Positions 37,826-51,800 of a stretch of DNA of 64,000 nt are shown piece after piece. Every line of letters starts with the position of its first letter. Position 1 is the stretch's first letter. The notes beneath the pieces are model-generated. The model did no database searches and had not been told where the DNA came from. It was given only the letters and a program-made list of their open reading frames with translations. The position numbers and the translations under genes are program-made. The stretch is from Carcharhinus amblyrhynchos (taxonomy: Eukaryota): contig OZ336900.1 of NCBI GenBank assembly GCA_965287045.1, forward strand, positions 12,462,001 through 12,526,000, read 5' to 3'.

Positions 37826-40249
37826 CTTTACTGAAGTTACTTTGAGCCACATTAATGTTGTTACGGAGATAGGGAGAGGTGTGATTTGGCAACAAGGATG
37901 AGAATTTTAAATCCAAGATTCCCAGGTTAGGGGCCAAATGCAAACACATTTTAACAGTTGAATCTTGAGGTAATAAAGGCATGAATAACAAAATTATAAA
38001 CCTGTTTATAAAGAGCGCATTTACGATTTCATTCTGCAGAGCGCCCAAAGGAAATCTTTCCCTTGTGTTTTATAGCTCTGGGTTTTGTGTGATCAAATCT
38101 TATAAAATTCAACACATTAATCATGCCTTCCTCCAGCTGTTCATGATCTGGTAGTATGATGTATTCGATGTTATGGATGGACTGTGTAAGCTCAGCTGAT
38201 AAACTAGGAGATGCGTTTTTCCAGCCCATTACCAATGGGATAATAATGGGCTGAAAGGCAGAGGTCTGGCAATATAGTGGGGAAGGTGTCGGGCAGACAG
38301 CCTGACCACATATTGCCCGCCAGTGGCGGGAATCTTAGTGGTGTGACAATTGAGCCACTTAAAATCCCAATTAAGGGCTACTTCCCATCTATGTGGGCAT
38401 TTGCCCCGAAGGGAGGATCTGTTGCCATATGGGGAGACTGTCAGGTAAACCCTGGTGGCCTCCTTGTGGGTGCTAGGCAGCTGGTCCCTCCTGAATGGCC
38501 ATTCCATGACCCATGGAGAATCACCCAATCTTATGCCCAAAGCACCACCACACCACAAATCCTGTTCCCCTCCCCATATAGCATGGCCGGACTTCCTGGC
38601 TCTGGTTTGCCCACAAGTACCTGCTTGCCCTTTGAGGTGTTCACTGCAGCTTCAGGAGAGGCCACAGCTGCTGATATTGACACTGACAAATAGACTTCTA
38701 GGGTCCTTGGAAAAATTCAGTCCTCGATTTCAGGTTAACTGAATTTTACATTCCAACCTTCCTATTCCTTTACCCGTAAATGGTTAATGTGCCTGAAGCT
38801 GCCATCAGCCAAGGTCTTGGTTTTGCAATTTTAGGAAAATAAAACAGACCTTACCCATTATGTTGGACCTTAAACAGTATGATTCATTTTGACTGCCTGC
38901 TGTATTATTCATTTTAAAGCAAACACAGGAACCAGAATCATCTGATTTATTTCTCCAGTTTCTACAGTATTCATATGGAACCTTTTATTCTTATTTAACA
39001 TTTGGCAAGAAATGAAAAAGAATTTGACTTCAATATATTTGTAAAGTTCAACATACATTTATAATAAGAAAAACTTTTTACAAAACAATGACTAATAATT
39101 TCAGTAGAATTTGTCTGTCAGACTTTATTCATGAAAGACATAATTATCCTCTGGTCTGCTTTTCAGGGCCAACATATCTTAACATCAGGAACTGTTGGGT
39201 TAAAATGCAGATCTTCCAAACATTTCAAATTGTGTTTGATGTACCATGTGTTAAGCAAATTGGATTTACAATTAGATGAAATTTGAACACAAATGTCTTC
39301 TCCAAAAGGGCATTTGTAGCCCACGTATTGCTTGTATGTACTTCATCAAGCTGACTTGTTTTTTTTTCCATATGATGATTTTTTAAAAACTAATGGAAAG
39401 GAGGACAAAGGTTTTTGTAACACTGCGTACGTAACTCGGTTGGTCTATCCATTGAAAATAATGATACCTTTAGCCTGGAGAAAAAAACGTCAAAAATGAC
39501 AACTCCTGTCTGATCAAGGATTTGTTAAACATTTCCAGTCCTGGAGGGAAACACTTAGCCATTAGGCTTCTAACATTAGGGCTGAGTGAACTGGCTTGCA
39601 GATAAGTCTGGATTGTCCATTGAACCTAATTCTACATCGCATAGTTACTTTCCCATATTATCATTTGCTAAAGTAACCTAAAGTTACTAAATTGCCAATC
39701 TATACCTTCATACAGCACAGGGGAGCAACTGGCTTGAGTTGTAAACCATTAATAGCCATTCTACTCCAAACACTTTTTAAAATCTGCCTGTCTTTTACAT
39801 AGTTGTTAACTGTGGCATGGCCACTATATGTCCCAGGACGCGCTTTGTTTTCGTTGTGGTGACCCACTCGGGGTTTGAGGAAATTGAGAGGCAGGCAGAT
39901 AATGAGCTTGGCCTGGTTCAGTGACCAGAGGAGGACAGTCCTTAAAAGGAGCAACAAATAGAGTGGACAGTTTGCTACTGAGTCCAGAAGATTTCTTGTC
40001 CAGAATTAAGAGCCACCAGTGATATGATACTGAGCTGCTTGTTTGTATTAGAAACTGGATCTTTGCCAGCCATTTCTGGCTGGGTAGCCTGTGTTCTAGA
40101 TTTGGAATGAAATCCATGAACTTCATTAAATAAGTCTTGTTGAATCTCAAAACGGAAATACAGTTGCTTACCTAGTTTGAGAAGATTGTCTTCACAGGTA
40201 GAGTGAGGTTTTTGAAGGAAACAAAATCTTATGGTACTTTTCAAGATTT

Positions 40250-41225
40250 ATTATTTCAATGGATCTGGGTAGTGAACATTTATTATCCATCCCTAATCGT
40301 TCTTGAGAAGGTGTGATGAACCTTCATCTTGAACCGTGGCAGCCATGTGGTATACGTACACCCACAGTGTTGTTGGGAAGAAAGTTCCAGGATCTTGACA
40401 CTGCAGCAGTGAAGTAATGGCAATGTAGTCCCCAATCAGAATTGCATATGCCTTGGAGGGGAACTTACAGAGAGTGTTGTTCCTATATACCTGCTGCCTT
40501 TGTCCTACGGCTTTGAAAAGTGCTTTCAAAGGAACCCACGTGTTGCTACAGTGCAATTTGTAGATGGTACACGCTGCTGCCACTGTGTGTTGGTGCTGGA
40601 AGGAGTGAATGTTGAAGGTGGTGGACGCTGCTTTGCCCTGGATTGTGTCGAGCCTCTTGAGTGTTATTGGAGCTGCATTCATCCAGGCAAATGAAGAGTA
40701 TTCCATCACACTCCTGATATCTTTATGTATAGATGGTGGACAAGCATCAGGGAGTCAGGAGGTGAGTTACTCTCTGCAGAATTCCCAGCCTCTGACCTGC
40801 TCTTATAGCCATAATATTTAAATGGCTAGGCCAGTTCTGTTTCTAGTCAATGCTAACCCCAAAATGTTTGAAGTGGGAGATTCAGCAATGGTAATGAAAT
40901 TAAATCCCAAAGAAAGATGGTTGGATTTTCTCTTTTTAAAGATGATCATTGCCTGACACTTGTGTGGCGCGAATGTTACCTGCCATTTATCAAACCAAGC
41001 CTGATATTGTCCAGGTCTTGCTGCATTTGGACATGGACTGCTTCGGTATGTGAGGAGTCGCAAATGGTGCTGAATATTGTGCAATTATCAGTGAACATCC
41101 CCACTTCTGACCTTATGATGGAGGAAAGGTCATTGATAAAGCAGCTGAAGATGATTGGGCCTTGGACACTATCCTGAGGACTGATATGACTGACCTCCAA
41201 CAATCTTCCTTCATGCTAGTTATGG
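40250..41225 (-). mobile_element. Non-LTR retrotransposon RT 3' fragment (CR1/L2 group)
   Basis: PQDSVQGPIIFSCFINDLSSIIRSEVGMFTDNCTI, MQQDLDNI, WFDKWQVTFAPHKCQAM and MEYSSFAW across frames. Confidence 0.85.
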
Positions 41226-41379
41226 TTCCAAAATCATTCAAGTTCAATAATAAGTGATTGCTAGTTGAACGTTAGGAGTTTTTTCTATTAATTCACCTGG
41301 GAGGAGGAGAGGCAGTTTGGACCAGGCCTGGAACAGTGGCAATGGCAGATACACCGAGGCCCAGGATCAGTGCCTAAAG

Positions 41380-44272
41380 TACCAGGGAGAGGAGAGGTCA
41401 CTCATGACAGGACGGAGGAGGGAGCTGGAGCAGTAGCTGTTACCATCCTTGTTGCTGAGTTTGAAAACTAGTTAAAAGAAATTGGAAAGTTACATCACAG
41501 GAAGAATGATTTGGTTGGAGGGTATCTGCTCTTAGAGACTGATTTTTACATATTTTTATAAAGGGCCGTGTGTAAATTTTTCTTCTTAGTTACAGTAATG
41601 TATATATTTTTAGATAAATAATCCCTACATATGCACTTATTTTGTTTGGTGCGAGGGAAGAAGCAAATTAATGAGAAACTGGTAAGTTATTCTACTTACA
41701 ATAAATAGTTTATAAAGTTAAAGAATAACATAGCAGCTCAACCTAGTGGAATCTGTGTCCTGTGGAATGTGGGAAGTTGTGACCTAGACAGATACATCTG
41801 CAGAAAGTGTCACAGTCTGCAGAAGGTTGAGCTCCAGGTTTCAGAAGTCTAGCAGTGGCTCAAGTCACTGTGGTATATCCACGAGGCTGAGAACTATGTG
41901 GATAGCACATTTTGAGGGTGTGGGGGTGAGGGGCGCATGATCACACTGCAGGTTAGGATGATGCACGCAGAGAGGGAATGGGGTAACTGCCAAGCAGTAT
42001 AAGTGAACCATGCAGGCAATGCAGGAGTGCCCGGAGTTGACCCTGTTGGCTGATAAGTTTTCTGTTTTGGACACTGCTGATGGCAATGGCTCCTCAAAGG
42101 AGCCTAGCATGAGACAAGTGCATGCACCACAGTTGGCCCAGCTGTGCAAGAGGGAATGTACAAGAATGGAAGAGTAACAGTGATAGGGGAATTTGTTAGT
42201 TATGAGAATAGACAGATGTTTCTCCAGCTGATTCTCCAAGATTGTGTGCTGTCTCCTTGGTGCCAGGGTCAAGGATTCACAGAATGGCTGCAAGACATTC
42301 TTCTGAGGACATAGTCCACATTATTATCAATGACATGGGTGGGACTAGATCCTGAAAGGAGGTTTCAGAGAGTTAGGAAAGGAATTAAAAAGCAAGACCT
42401 CAATAGCAGTAACCTCAGGATTGCTTTCACGTGCTCGTGAGCAGAGGAATAGGAGGACTCGGTGAATGATCTAGAGAAATGGTGTAGGCCGGAGGACATT
42501 AGATTTCTGAAGCATTGGAACCAGTTCTGAAGCAGGTGGCCCATGTTATACCTCAGCTGGACCAGGACTAATGTTCTTGCAGAGAGATTTGCTGGTGATG
42601 AGGATGAGGATTTAAACTAGATTGGCAGGCGATAGAAATCTGAGAGGGAGTTCAGATTAGGGAGAAGCAAAACTAGTAACCGGAAGTAGAAAGGCAGCAA
42701 ATGAAATGAGAAGGCAGACAAAGCAAAGACATCTGGTGCCTATTTTAATAGGATTAAAATACAGAATAATCACAGAATGCGCTTAACCTTGTCTTTTTAT
42801 CTGAATGCATGCAACATTCACAACAAGGTAGGTGATTCGAAGGCACTAATAGAAGTTAGTGGGTCTGATTTAATTGCTTTTAAAGAAATGTGGCTACAAG
42901 GTGACCAGAGCTGGGAATGTAACATCGAAGGATCTTCAACATCTAAGAATGATGAGCAAAAAGGAGAAGGAGGTGAGGTAGTACTGTTAATAAGGGACAA
43001 AATTATTACATTATAGTGAGAGAGGATTTCAGATCAAAAGGTGAAGATGTGGAATTGGTGTGGATGGAGCTAAAAAAAAAAGCAACGGACAGCAAACATT
43101 GGTGGGTGATGTTTAAAGACCACCAAACAGTAAGTGACAATGTCGGGTCAGATAATAAATCAGGAAACTAGAAGTGTATGTAACACAAGTAATGCAGTAA
43201 TCATTGGTGACTTCAATCTACATAAAGACTGAGTAATCCTAACCGGCATTAATGGTGTAGAGGATATATTCGTGGAGCATGTATGAGATGGGTTTCTGGG
43301 GCGTGTTGATGAACTAACATGTTGCCAAGCTGTTCACAAACATCTATATAAAAAATGTGGACATTGGGACCAAATGTAAACATTTCCAAATTCACCGATG
43401 ACTCAAAACTAGGTAAGAATATAAGTTGCAAGGAGGTTTCAAATGATTTAGATAGATTGAGCAAATGGACAAGAACACGGCAGATGGGAGATCATGCACG
43501 TGTGAAATTATTCACTTTGGATGAAGAAACAGAAAGACAGAGTACTTTGTGAATGGTGTGACATTGGGAAGTGTTGATGCCCAGAGTGATCTGGGTGTCC
43601 CTGTTCATGAGTCTGTAAAAGCTAACCAGCAGGTAGAGCAAGCAATTAGGAAGACAGGTATTATGTTGCCTTTCATTGCAAGGGATTAGAGTAAAAATGT
43701 CTTGCTGTGATTGTATAGAGCCTTGATGAGACTGCACGTGGAGTATAGTGCACAGTTCCAATCTCTTTACCTACATTTGCCATAGAGGGAATGCAACAGG
43801 GGCTCACTAGGCTATTTCCTAAGATGGTGGGTATGTCATATGAGGAGAAATTGATGAAACTGGGCCTGTATTCTCCAGCGTTTTGATTAATGAAAGATAA
43901 TCTCACTGAAACTTGCACAATTCTTACAGAACATGGCAGGTAGGTATTGGTAGAATGTTTCCCCTGATTGGTGAGTCTAGAACTAGATACAGTTTCAGAA
44001 TAAGGGGCAGACCATTTAAGACTGACATGGGTGTAATTTCTTTATTCAGAGGTCAGTGAATCTTTGGAATTCTTTACCTCAGATGGCTGTGTAAGCTCAG
44101 TCATTGATCATGTTCAAGACAGAAATCAATAGATCTTGGGATAGTAATGATATCAAAGGATACGAGGATCGTAAGAAAAAATGGCAAGGAGATAGATGAT
44201 CAGCCATGATGTGTTGAATAGCAGAACATGCTTGATAGGTTATATGGCCTATTCCTGTTCATATTTCGTATA
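41380..44272 (+). mobile_element. Long decayed CR1 LINE (ORF1, endonuclease, partly deleted RT, 3' tail)
   Basis: ORF1 CVLWN...YICRKC and esterase-like remnants; endonuclease YLNACNIHNK...DLIAFKEMWL and IIGDFNL; abrupt jump to ISKFTDDSKLG; CR1 tail at 44198-44272. Confidence 0.85.
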
Positions 44273-44892
44273 TTCCAATTTAGGGCACCCCAAGACACAT
44301 TTTTAAGAACTTCATAATACTTCACAGATAAAGGACTTTGAAATACTTTGTACTGTGGCTAGTGGATAAATAATAAGTCAATTTATTTAATGGGATGATA
44401 AGAGATATTCTCATCTCCTTTTCCAATCTCAGTGTGGACCTCTCAGAAGTTAGCATTTCAGCTAGACCATAAGAGGGATGCCATGAACTGTCTGCAAAAT
44501 CGCAGTGTTTGCCTTCACTGAAAGTTTAGCATTCTCCAGCTATTGGGACATATTCCCTAAGGTTAACATTCATCTACGTGCACTGGGACATAGTCCTTTA
44601 AACTGATGGAAAAGTGCGTCATGTAAAATTATAGTTTTAATTCTTGAATATTTAGTCACCTGTTCCTCGTGTTGGAAATATACAAACTCTCCATGAAATG
44701 GAACATACATCTGCTTTTTCTAATGAGGCAAATTATAGAAAATAATTTTACTGCAATTTGAGACTTCAGTAATCACAAAAAATCCAATTTACCCAATTTC
44801 CTTTTTAAAAAAATTCTAAAACACAGGAAATGCTAGTAAATAGAGTACAATATGAAGGCTGGAATATAGTACACAACATCAGTAATACATAT

Positions 44893-44968
44893 AGGGGATT
44901 TTCACAGTAACTTCATTGCGGTGCTAATGTAAGCCAACTCATGACACTAATAAATAAACTTTAAACTG
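44893..44968 (+). mobile_element. HE1 type-B tail only (5'-truncated)
   Basis: AGGGGATTTTCACAGTAACTTCATTGCGG...ACACTAATAAATAAACTTTAAAC. Confidence 0.8.
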
Positions 44969-44985
44969 AAACGTATGATATATAT

Positions 44986-45345
44986 TGTTTTTTATTCATC
45001 GCTGGTTGGGCCAGCATTTCTTGCTCATTCCTAACTGATTGGCTTGCCTGGCCATTTCAGAGAGCATTTAAGAAGCAGCCATATTGCTGTGGGTCTGGAG
45101 TCACGTGTAGGCCAGATCATGTAAGGACAGTAGATTTCCTTCCCTAAAGGACATTAGTGAACCAAATGGATTTTTATGACATTTGACAATGGTTTCATGG
45201 TCATCATTAGACTTTTAATTCCAGATTGTTATCGAATTCAAATTTCATTATCTGCCATGGTGGAATTCAAACCCGGGTCCTCAGAGCAGTAACCTGGGTC
45301 TCTGGCTTTCTAGTCCAGTGATAATATCACTGCACCACTGTGTCC
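44986..45345 (-). mobile_element. tRNA-derived SINE of a third, unassigned family
   Basis: Minus-strand head CAGTGGTGCAGTGATATTATCACTGGACTAG...GGGTTTGAATTCC. Its tail resembles the end of the 40.3 kb LINE. Confidence 0.7.
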
Positions 45346-45349
45346 CTAG

Positions 45350-46122
45350 TGTCAGTTGGTAATGCATCAGCCTCTGAATCATAAGATTTTGGGGTTTTTT
45401 ATCATTTTAGTTTATTTATCAATATCAAGTAGGCTTACATTAACACTGCAATGAAGTTACTGTCCAAATCCCCCAGTTGCCACACTCCGGCACCTGTTTG
45501 GATACACTGAGGGAGAGTTTAGCATGGCCAATGCACCTAACCAGCACATCTTTCGGACTGTGGGAGGAAACTGGAGCACCCGGAGGAAACCCACGCTGAC
45601 ACAGGGAGAACATGCAGACTCTGCACAAACAATGTCCCAAGTAGGGAATTGAACCCGGGTCCCGGGCACTAGGAGGTGGCAGTGCTAACCACAGCGCCAC
45701 CTTGCTGCCCAAGTCCCACAGGTTCAAGTCCGGTGGCTCAAGTCCCACTCTAGAGTTTGAACACAAAAATTAAGGCTGACATTCTAGTGTGGTACAGAGT
45801 GAGCATGGCATCATTGGAGGTGCCATCTTTTGAATGAGATGCTGAATTGAGGCCCCATGTAGCAGCGCAGGAGGGATGGGAAAAATCCCGTGATGAAGGA
45901 AAGGCAGTGGAGTTACCCTTGGTGTCCTGATCAATATTTATCCCTCAGTCAACATCACAAAAAAATTACCACGTTGCTGTTTGTGGGAACTTGCTGAGAG
46001 TTAACTGGTTGCTATGTTTCCTGCATTACAATAGTGACTACTAAAGGTACCTCACTGGATTAAAGCGCTTTAAGGTGTCCGGTGGTCATGAAATGAGCTC
46101 GATAAATAAACACAAGTCTCTT
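45350..46122 (+). mobile_element. SacSINE1-like SINE with nested minus-strand HE1 type B (45405-45710)
   Basis: The tRNA head is split by the HE1 copy; Deu-like core at 45775-45960; tail to about 46122. Confidence 0.8.
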
Positions 46123-47068
46123 CTCATGGGCCTTGTTGATAATTTGAAGTATTGTTACGAAAGCAATTCAAAATGTCAAAGGGAAAAAGAAGCAACATAG
46201 ATATCACCGTTAACTGGAAATATAGTGCTAAGCAATCGAATTATTGAATCACTTTGAATTCAGTGACATGAGATTCAGAGTAGATGGTTATTGCTGGTTC
46301 ACCTTTTTTTTTGGTGGGGGGAGAGGGGGGTAGAGCTATGTTGATTGGGGTAGTTTGTGGATAGTGATGGATTATTGGTTCTCTTCTGTGTGTCACACAA
46401 TTAGACCAGGAGTGATAGTAGCATTCATTTTAATGGTCAGTGCAAGGACCTGCATGTAACACTCATTTATTATCGTTGTGACTGTAATGCCACCTCTAAT
46501 GTAAGAATTTTACTGACCTATAAAAATTACATAAAAAAACCTATTATTTATCTGAATGATTCTGATGCCATTTACTATTTGTAGAAGAAAGTCCAAAACG
46601 CCAGTCAACAGGAGAATTAATGATTTCTTTCAACTGCAACAAAACTGCTTTGAGTAATTTGTGTTTCTCATTATTGGTATGAATGATGTGTTGCACGCTC
46701 AACTGTGCAACATGATTTTTTTTGTACCATGATTTTTCTAACACCTTATCCTAGTGTAGTCATGCTATGGATGTGCCAGATTATAAATTTAGAAAACTAT
46801 ATGTTGCTTTAGAAATATTTAATACACTGGGAAGATGTTATGTTGCACTTGCCATGCCCATAGTTTTAAGTCCTAGTGAGATTGTCTCAATTAAGTATAT
46901 AACAGATGACCTTGGGTTGCTTGTAGGAGCCCATCATACCTTCAGCTCTGGCTAGAGGGGTATGCAAACTGCAATTGTCTCCATCTTTGGAGATGGTCAT
47001 GTCTGTCGTTATGTGCAGGGCAACAGTGTTTAAAAATCTGAAAATAAATAACAATTAAATAGTGATTT

Positions 47069-47373
47069 GCGGCATGGTGGCACAGCAGTTAGCACTGCTG
47101 CCTCACAGGGCAGGGACTTGGATGACCCAGATTCATTTCCAGCCTTGGATGACTGTGTGGAGTTTGCATGTTCTCCCTGTGTCTGCATGGATTTCCTCCG
47201 GGTGCTCCAGTTTCCTCCCACTGTCCAGAGATGTGTGAGTTAGGTTGATTGGCCATACTAAATTGCCCTTAGTGTCAAGGGGATTACATGGAGTTATGGA
47301 GATAGGACCTGGATTGTTGTCAGTGTAGGCTTGATGGGTCGAATGACCTCCTTTTGCACTTTTGGGATTATAT
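47069..47373 (+). mobile_element. HE1 SINE, type A
   Basis: Head, V-domain and CR1-like tail present. Confidence 0.88.
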
Positions 47374-50171
47374 GCTTCTTTCTTGCTATCGTTTACCGAA
47401 TTTGATAGGTGAACCTTTCCTGCACTGGTACTTGTAAAAATACTATTGGGAAACCCTCAGCTTCTAAGTTAGCTAAGGCTTCATATATTTGAAGCAACAT
47501 GAAGGTTTGTTATTCAATTTTTTCATATTCAAATCCTGGGGAAGTGGTCAAAACTGTAAAACACTTGCTGATTAGAGCATTCTTATAGGCCACCATCCCA
47601 GAGGTTCTGCCTCCACATTTATGCGATGTAGGACTGTCAAGTGTGCAGATCTGCTCTGCCATGGTGAGTGCATCTGCTGCCCCCAGAGGACACTGAAACT
47701 CCCAGAACTGCTGTACACTATGCAAGGGCAAACTCTCAGCGACATTGGATATGGTGTAAAATGAATTGTGGTGTGGCAGTGAACAGATCCTGAGTTGTTG
47801 TGAAGTTTTGTGTTATGCATGCATGTTTAGCCATTGCAGTTAACACTTGCCATTTGTGTTATACTGTAAAATAAATTGTTACATGTTAACTTTTTTATTT
47901 TAGTTAGCGGGAAAGCAACCTTTTTCTGATGTTCCACGCCACAGTGCATTGGGCATGAATCAGTTAATTACCAGGCTCTGAGGAGTGCTTTGTTAACATG
48001 AATGAAGTAATTAGTTTAGGTAAGGTTTCACATCATTTCAAAACATACATACATCATACCTGTCACCAAGTTGAGAATAGACTTTATATTTTTTTCCGAA
48101 GTGTATTTGATAATTTACTGTTGTTCCTCTGGCTTTTAATCGGCATAGCAGAGTCTCCAGGGCCTTGGCTTTTAACAGGACCAGTTGTGCAGGCCAAAGC
48201 TTTTAGGGATTAGGGGAATAATGAAACTTCCTCAATTGGCTGTAGGAACGCTGAACCTGTCTGGGAATTAAAAAGTTGGATCCCATCCATCGCCTTTATT
48301 AATCACAGCTGCTGTTTGTTTACTTACGTTCTGCTGAAATAACTAATCACCTGGTGATCCGTTGATGAAAAATGATTTGTTTTAATCAAAATCTCATTCG
48401 AGGGTTAAGAAAACCTGAAAATGATCAATCACTTGGTTCTGTGTTGTCACTCAAGAATTTGGTGTGAAGGGAGTTTATGGAGCATTTCGAAATCCAAGTG
48501 CTGATTTCATCTTTCAAAATTAAGTCTGAAAATAAATGGTGCATATTAAACACAGAGTTGATAAAGTGCCAGAAACACATTGACAAATCACTAAATTATG
48601 TGTTCATGCTGAAATATTTTTGTACATTTCTCAAAGTAATTTTGCATTAAATCCAGGCCTTAAAAAGTACCAGTGTAAAGAATTGCTTAGCTAGTACTTG
48701 TACAAGCTAACTCCAAAAACACATGCAAATTATTAAAAACAGTATTAAGTATATTTGAACGCTGTTCGGGTAATACATTTTCCCCAGCACATTAATCTGC
48801 ACATAAATCTATCTGAGTCCAAGGAGAATTCTCATGTACATGAAGCCAGAAGTTGCTTTTCTTTCAGTTCATGACAGGAACTCTTGTGTGCACTTTTAAT
48901 TGAGGTGCATATTTTTTAGTTTTGCCTTTGCACCCTAATACTTCTGACTTTGATTCCGTTCCATGGCTGATTGATTTACTACCTCAGTACTACAACTTCA
49001 GAAATCAGCATCATTAATTCCAGTCAATTTGGCACCTCTTCCAGGAATGGCCATGATTCCCATGGCACCAGTTCTCCTCCACACGTGCTATTTCTTCTCT
49101 TTATCCATGATCGCACAAAGACACGTGGACTTCAAATTTATTAGCTCCCAGTTCGTCTCTATTTCATTCTAATGTAGTAAACTCCTGTCATCTGATTTGA
49201 ATGAGAATGACAGCCCAGTATATGAATCAAAAACTTTACTCAGCGTAGCTCTGTCGAAAGCCCGGTGCTGTTTATGCAAATGTCACCTCCTCATCAGTTC
49301 CTTCACTCTTTATGCCCATTTAATGAAAGTTCTTCTCTGTCTTCCAATCTCAATTCAAATCTAATGATGTCATGACTTGAGTTTTGGACTCTTCACTTTT
49401 TAATGTTTGATTTGTACGTTCTTTGTAAAATCTCTGAGACCTTAGCACAGATGTCACAGCACAAACATGTTTCATAGTTTATTGGCATAATACGTGCCAA
49501 TGTGTAGTACACACTTCAGCTTTTCAATGGTGAGATACTTATCACTTCTGTACTCATAACTCTTCGATTGATTCTCCATCAGGTTTCAGGCCCTCAGATT
49601 GTGTTCTTTTGAGCCACTCTTTTCAATATAAAGTAGAAATCACTTTAAATAAAGGGGGGAGGAAAGGAAACTCTAATCAAAAATGTGTGTTACCATGCAT
49701 AGCTTCTCAATACAGTAGTCGCCACTGATGTTTATAAAACTCCCGCTAAATGCAGTGAACAATGATGCTAATCAGCACACCCTGATCTCTGCATCTCAGC
49801 TGGTTGTTGAAGTATGGATTGTTGTTGGCTGCAGCTTCCATTCAGTTCCTGTCAGCTTCCTGTCTGAAATGGTTGCACTATAAACCCATTATTAAAGACA
49901 CCGTTGTAATTAGCTTGTGTGGGAGTAGAAATGGTGAGTGCCTTGTCCAATTTAGGTAACTGTGTGTAATAAGAAGGGTGGTATAAGCTTTCTCTGGCTG
50001 TCTGCTGGTAGTTGTGAGATAGTTTCATAAAATTGTTCCAAATGAGCTCAACCATGGCAAGATTGTCATTTTTTGGATAATTTTAGATATTGGCTTTGGA
50101 CTGTATGGAATCTTGGCAATTAAAGCATGAGATTTTAGTTTCAGATGTGGGGGGGCAGAGCTTCTTGTGTT

Positions 50172-50490
50172 CTTCATAAAATCATAAAATCCCAACAGTG
50201 CAGAAAGTACCATTCAGCCCATCGGGTCTACACCAACTCTCCGAAACAGCATCCCATCCAGGCCCAGCTCTCAATCCCCACTCGTTTAACCTGCACATCT
50301 TTGGACACTGAGGGCAATTTAGCAATCCATCTAACCTGCACATCTTTGAGTGTGGGAGGAAACCAGAGCACCTGGAGGAAACCCACGCAGACACAGGGAA
50401 AATGTGCAAACTCCACATTGTCACCTGAGGTCAGAATTGAACCTGGGTCCCTGGTGCTGTCAGGCAGCAGTGCAAGCCACTGTGCTGCCC
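50172..50490 (-). mobile_element. HE1 SINE, type A
   Basis: Reverse-complement HE1. Confidence 0.88.
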
Positions 50491-51483
50491 TTGTTTTTGT
50501 TCCAAGTGACCCTTTTCACTACAGCATCCAAGAGTCTTGAGATATGCGGAAAATCTTACATCAGCAAGAGAAATGGTGACATGGGTGCAAAATCCCACAA
50601 GAGATGGAAAACAAGAATCTCGCCAATGAGATCACGTTTCCAGATTCCCTCCATCAGTGGCAAAATGAGGTGCTGCCCAGGAAGGTTGGATACCTCATTT
50701 AAATATCATTAACAAGTTTCCCAGTTGTATTGTCCACCCTCACATTAGGAATTACACCCATCATGTCAGTGACGTTTACAACAAATCTAGAGTAACAACA
50801 GCCTGGTGAAAGACTGCACTGGTGGGAGAAGAACATTTCTGGGCAGTACCCAGACTCTATCCTAAGTACCCTGGTATTGCCGATGACACTTGAGGGGGCA
50901 GTGCTGGGGCAGCATGGTGAAGGGGGCTTTAGTTGGGGAGTCTACAGGTCCCATGTAGCAATGGGGAGGTTGGTTGTGAGGGGGGTGTCTCTCTGCTTCT
51001 ATGGGTGGATCTTTGTATTTTTATTTTTGTAAGATCGTGAGGGCGCCCTAATCTCTGGAGAACTGATGGTTCTGGCTGTCTCAGGTCCTGTCCCACCCTG
51101 CCAGTGAAACACACCTACAGCATTTTTTGTACTACGTGCTATAAAGTATGGAGAGGAAAGCTGGCTGTGCAGCTGGTGAGCTGCAAACTGGTTTTCTAGC
51201 ATCAGCCAGCACTTAGGAAAAGAAATTAGAAATTTTTACCCTTTGTTCTTCATAACCTGGGACTTGGATTTACACCTACTACAATGAGAGTACCAGGCAT
51301 CAAGTGCTAGCCTAGTATATTAATTTGTGAAATGGCTGCAAACCATTGCCCAACAATGGGAAGAACTTTCAATGTCCAGCTTTATGGCAGCCAATTATCA
51401 CACTCATATATCTGCCACATTTAGAGAAACCCTATAGGAACATAGGATGTGAAAATGTATAAGCCCAAAACTTCTCCACTTAA

Positions 51484-51800
51484 CCACAGAATCCCTGAAG
51501 TGCAGAGATGGCCCATTGAGTCTACACTGACTCTCCGAAAGAGCATCTTCCCATGCATTTACCATGGATAATCCACCTAACCTACACATTTTAGGACACT
51601 GAAAGGGCAATTTAGGATGGCCAATCTACCTAACCAACACTTCTTTTGACTGTGGGAGAAAACTGGAGCACCAGAGAAAAACAACGCAGACAAGAGGAGA
51701 ACGTGCAGACTCTATAGACAGTCACCCAAAGCTCAAATTGAACCCGGGTCCATGGCAGCGTGAAGCAGCAGTGCTAACCACTGTGCCATCATGCCACCCC
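51484..51800 (-). mobile_element. HE1 SINE, type A
   Basis: Reverse-complement HE1. Confidence 0.85.
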
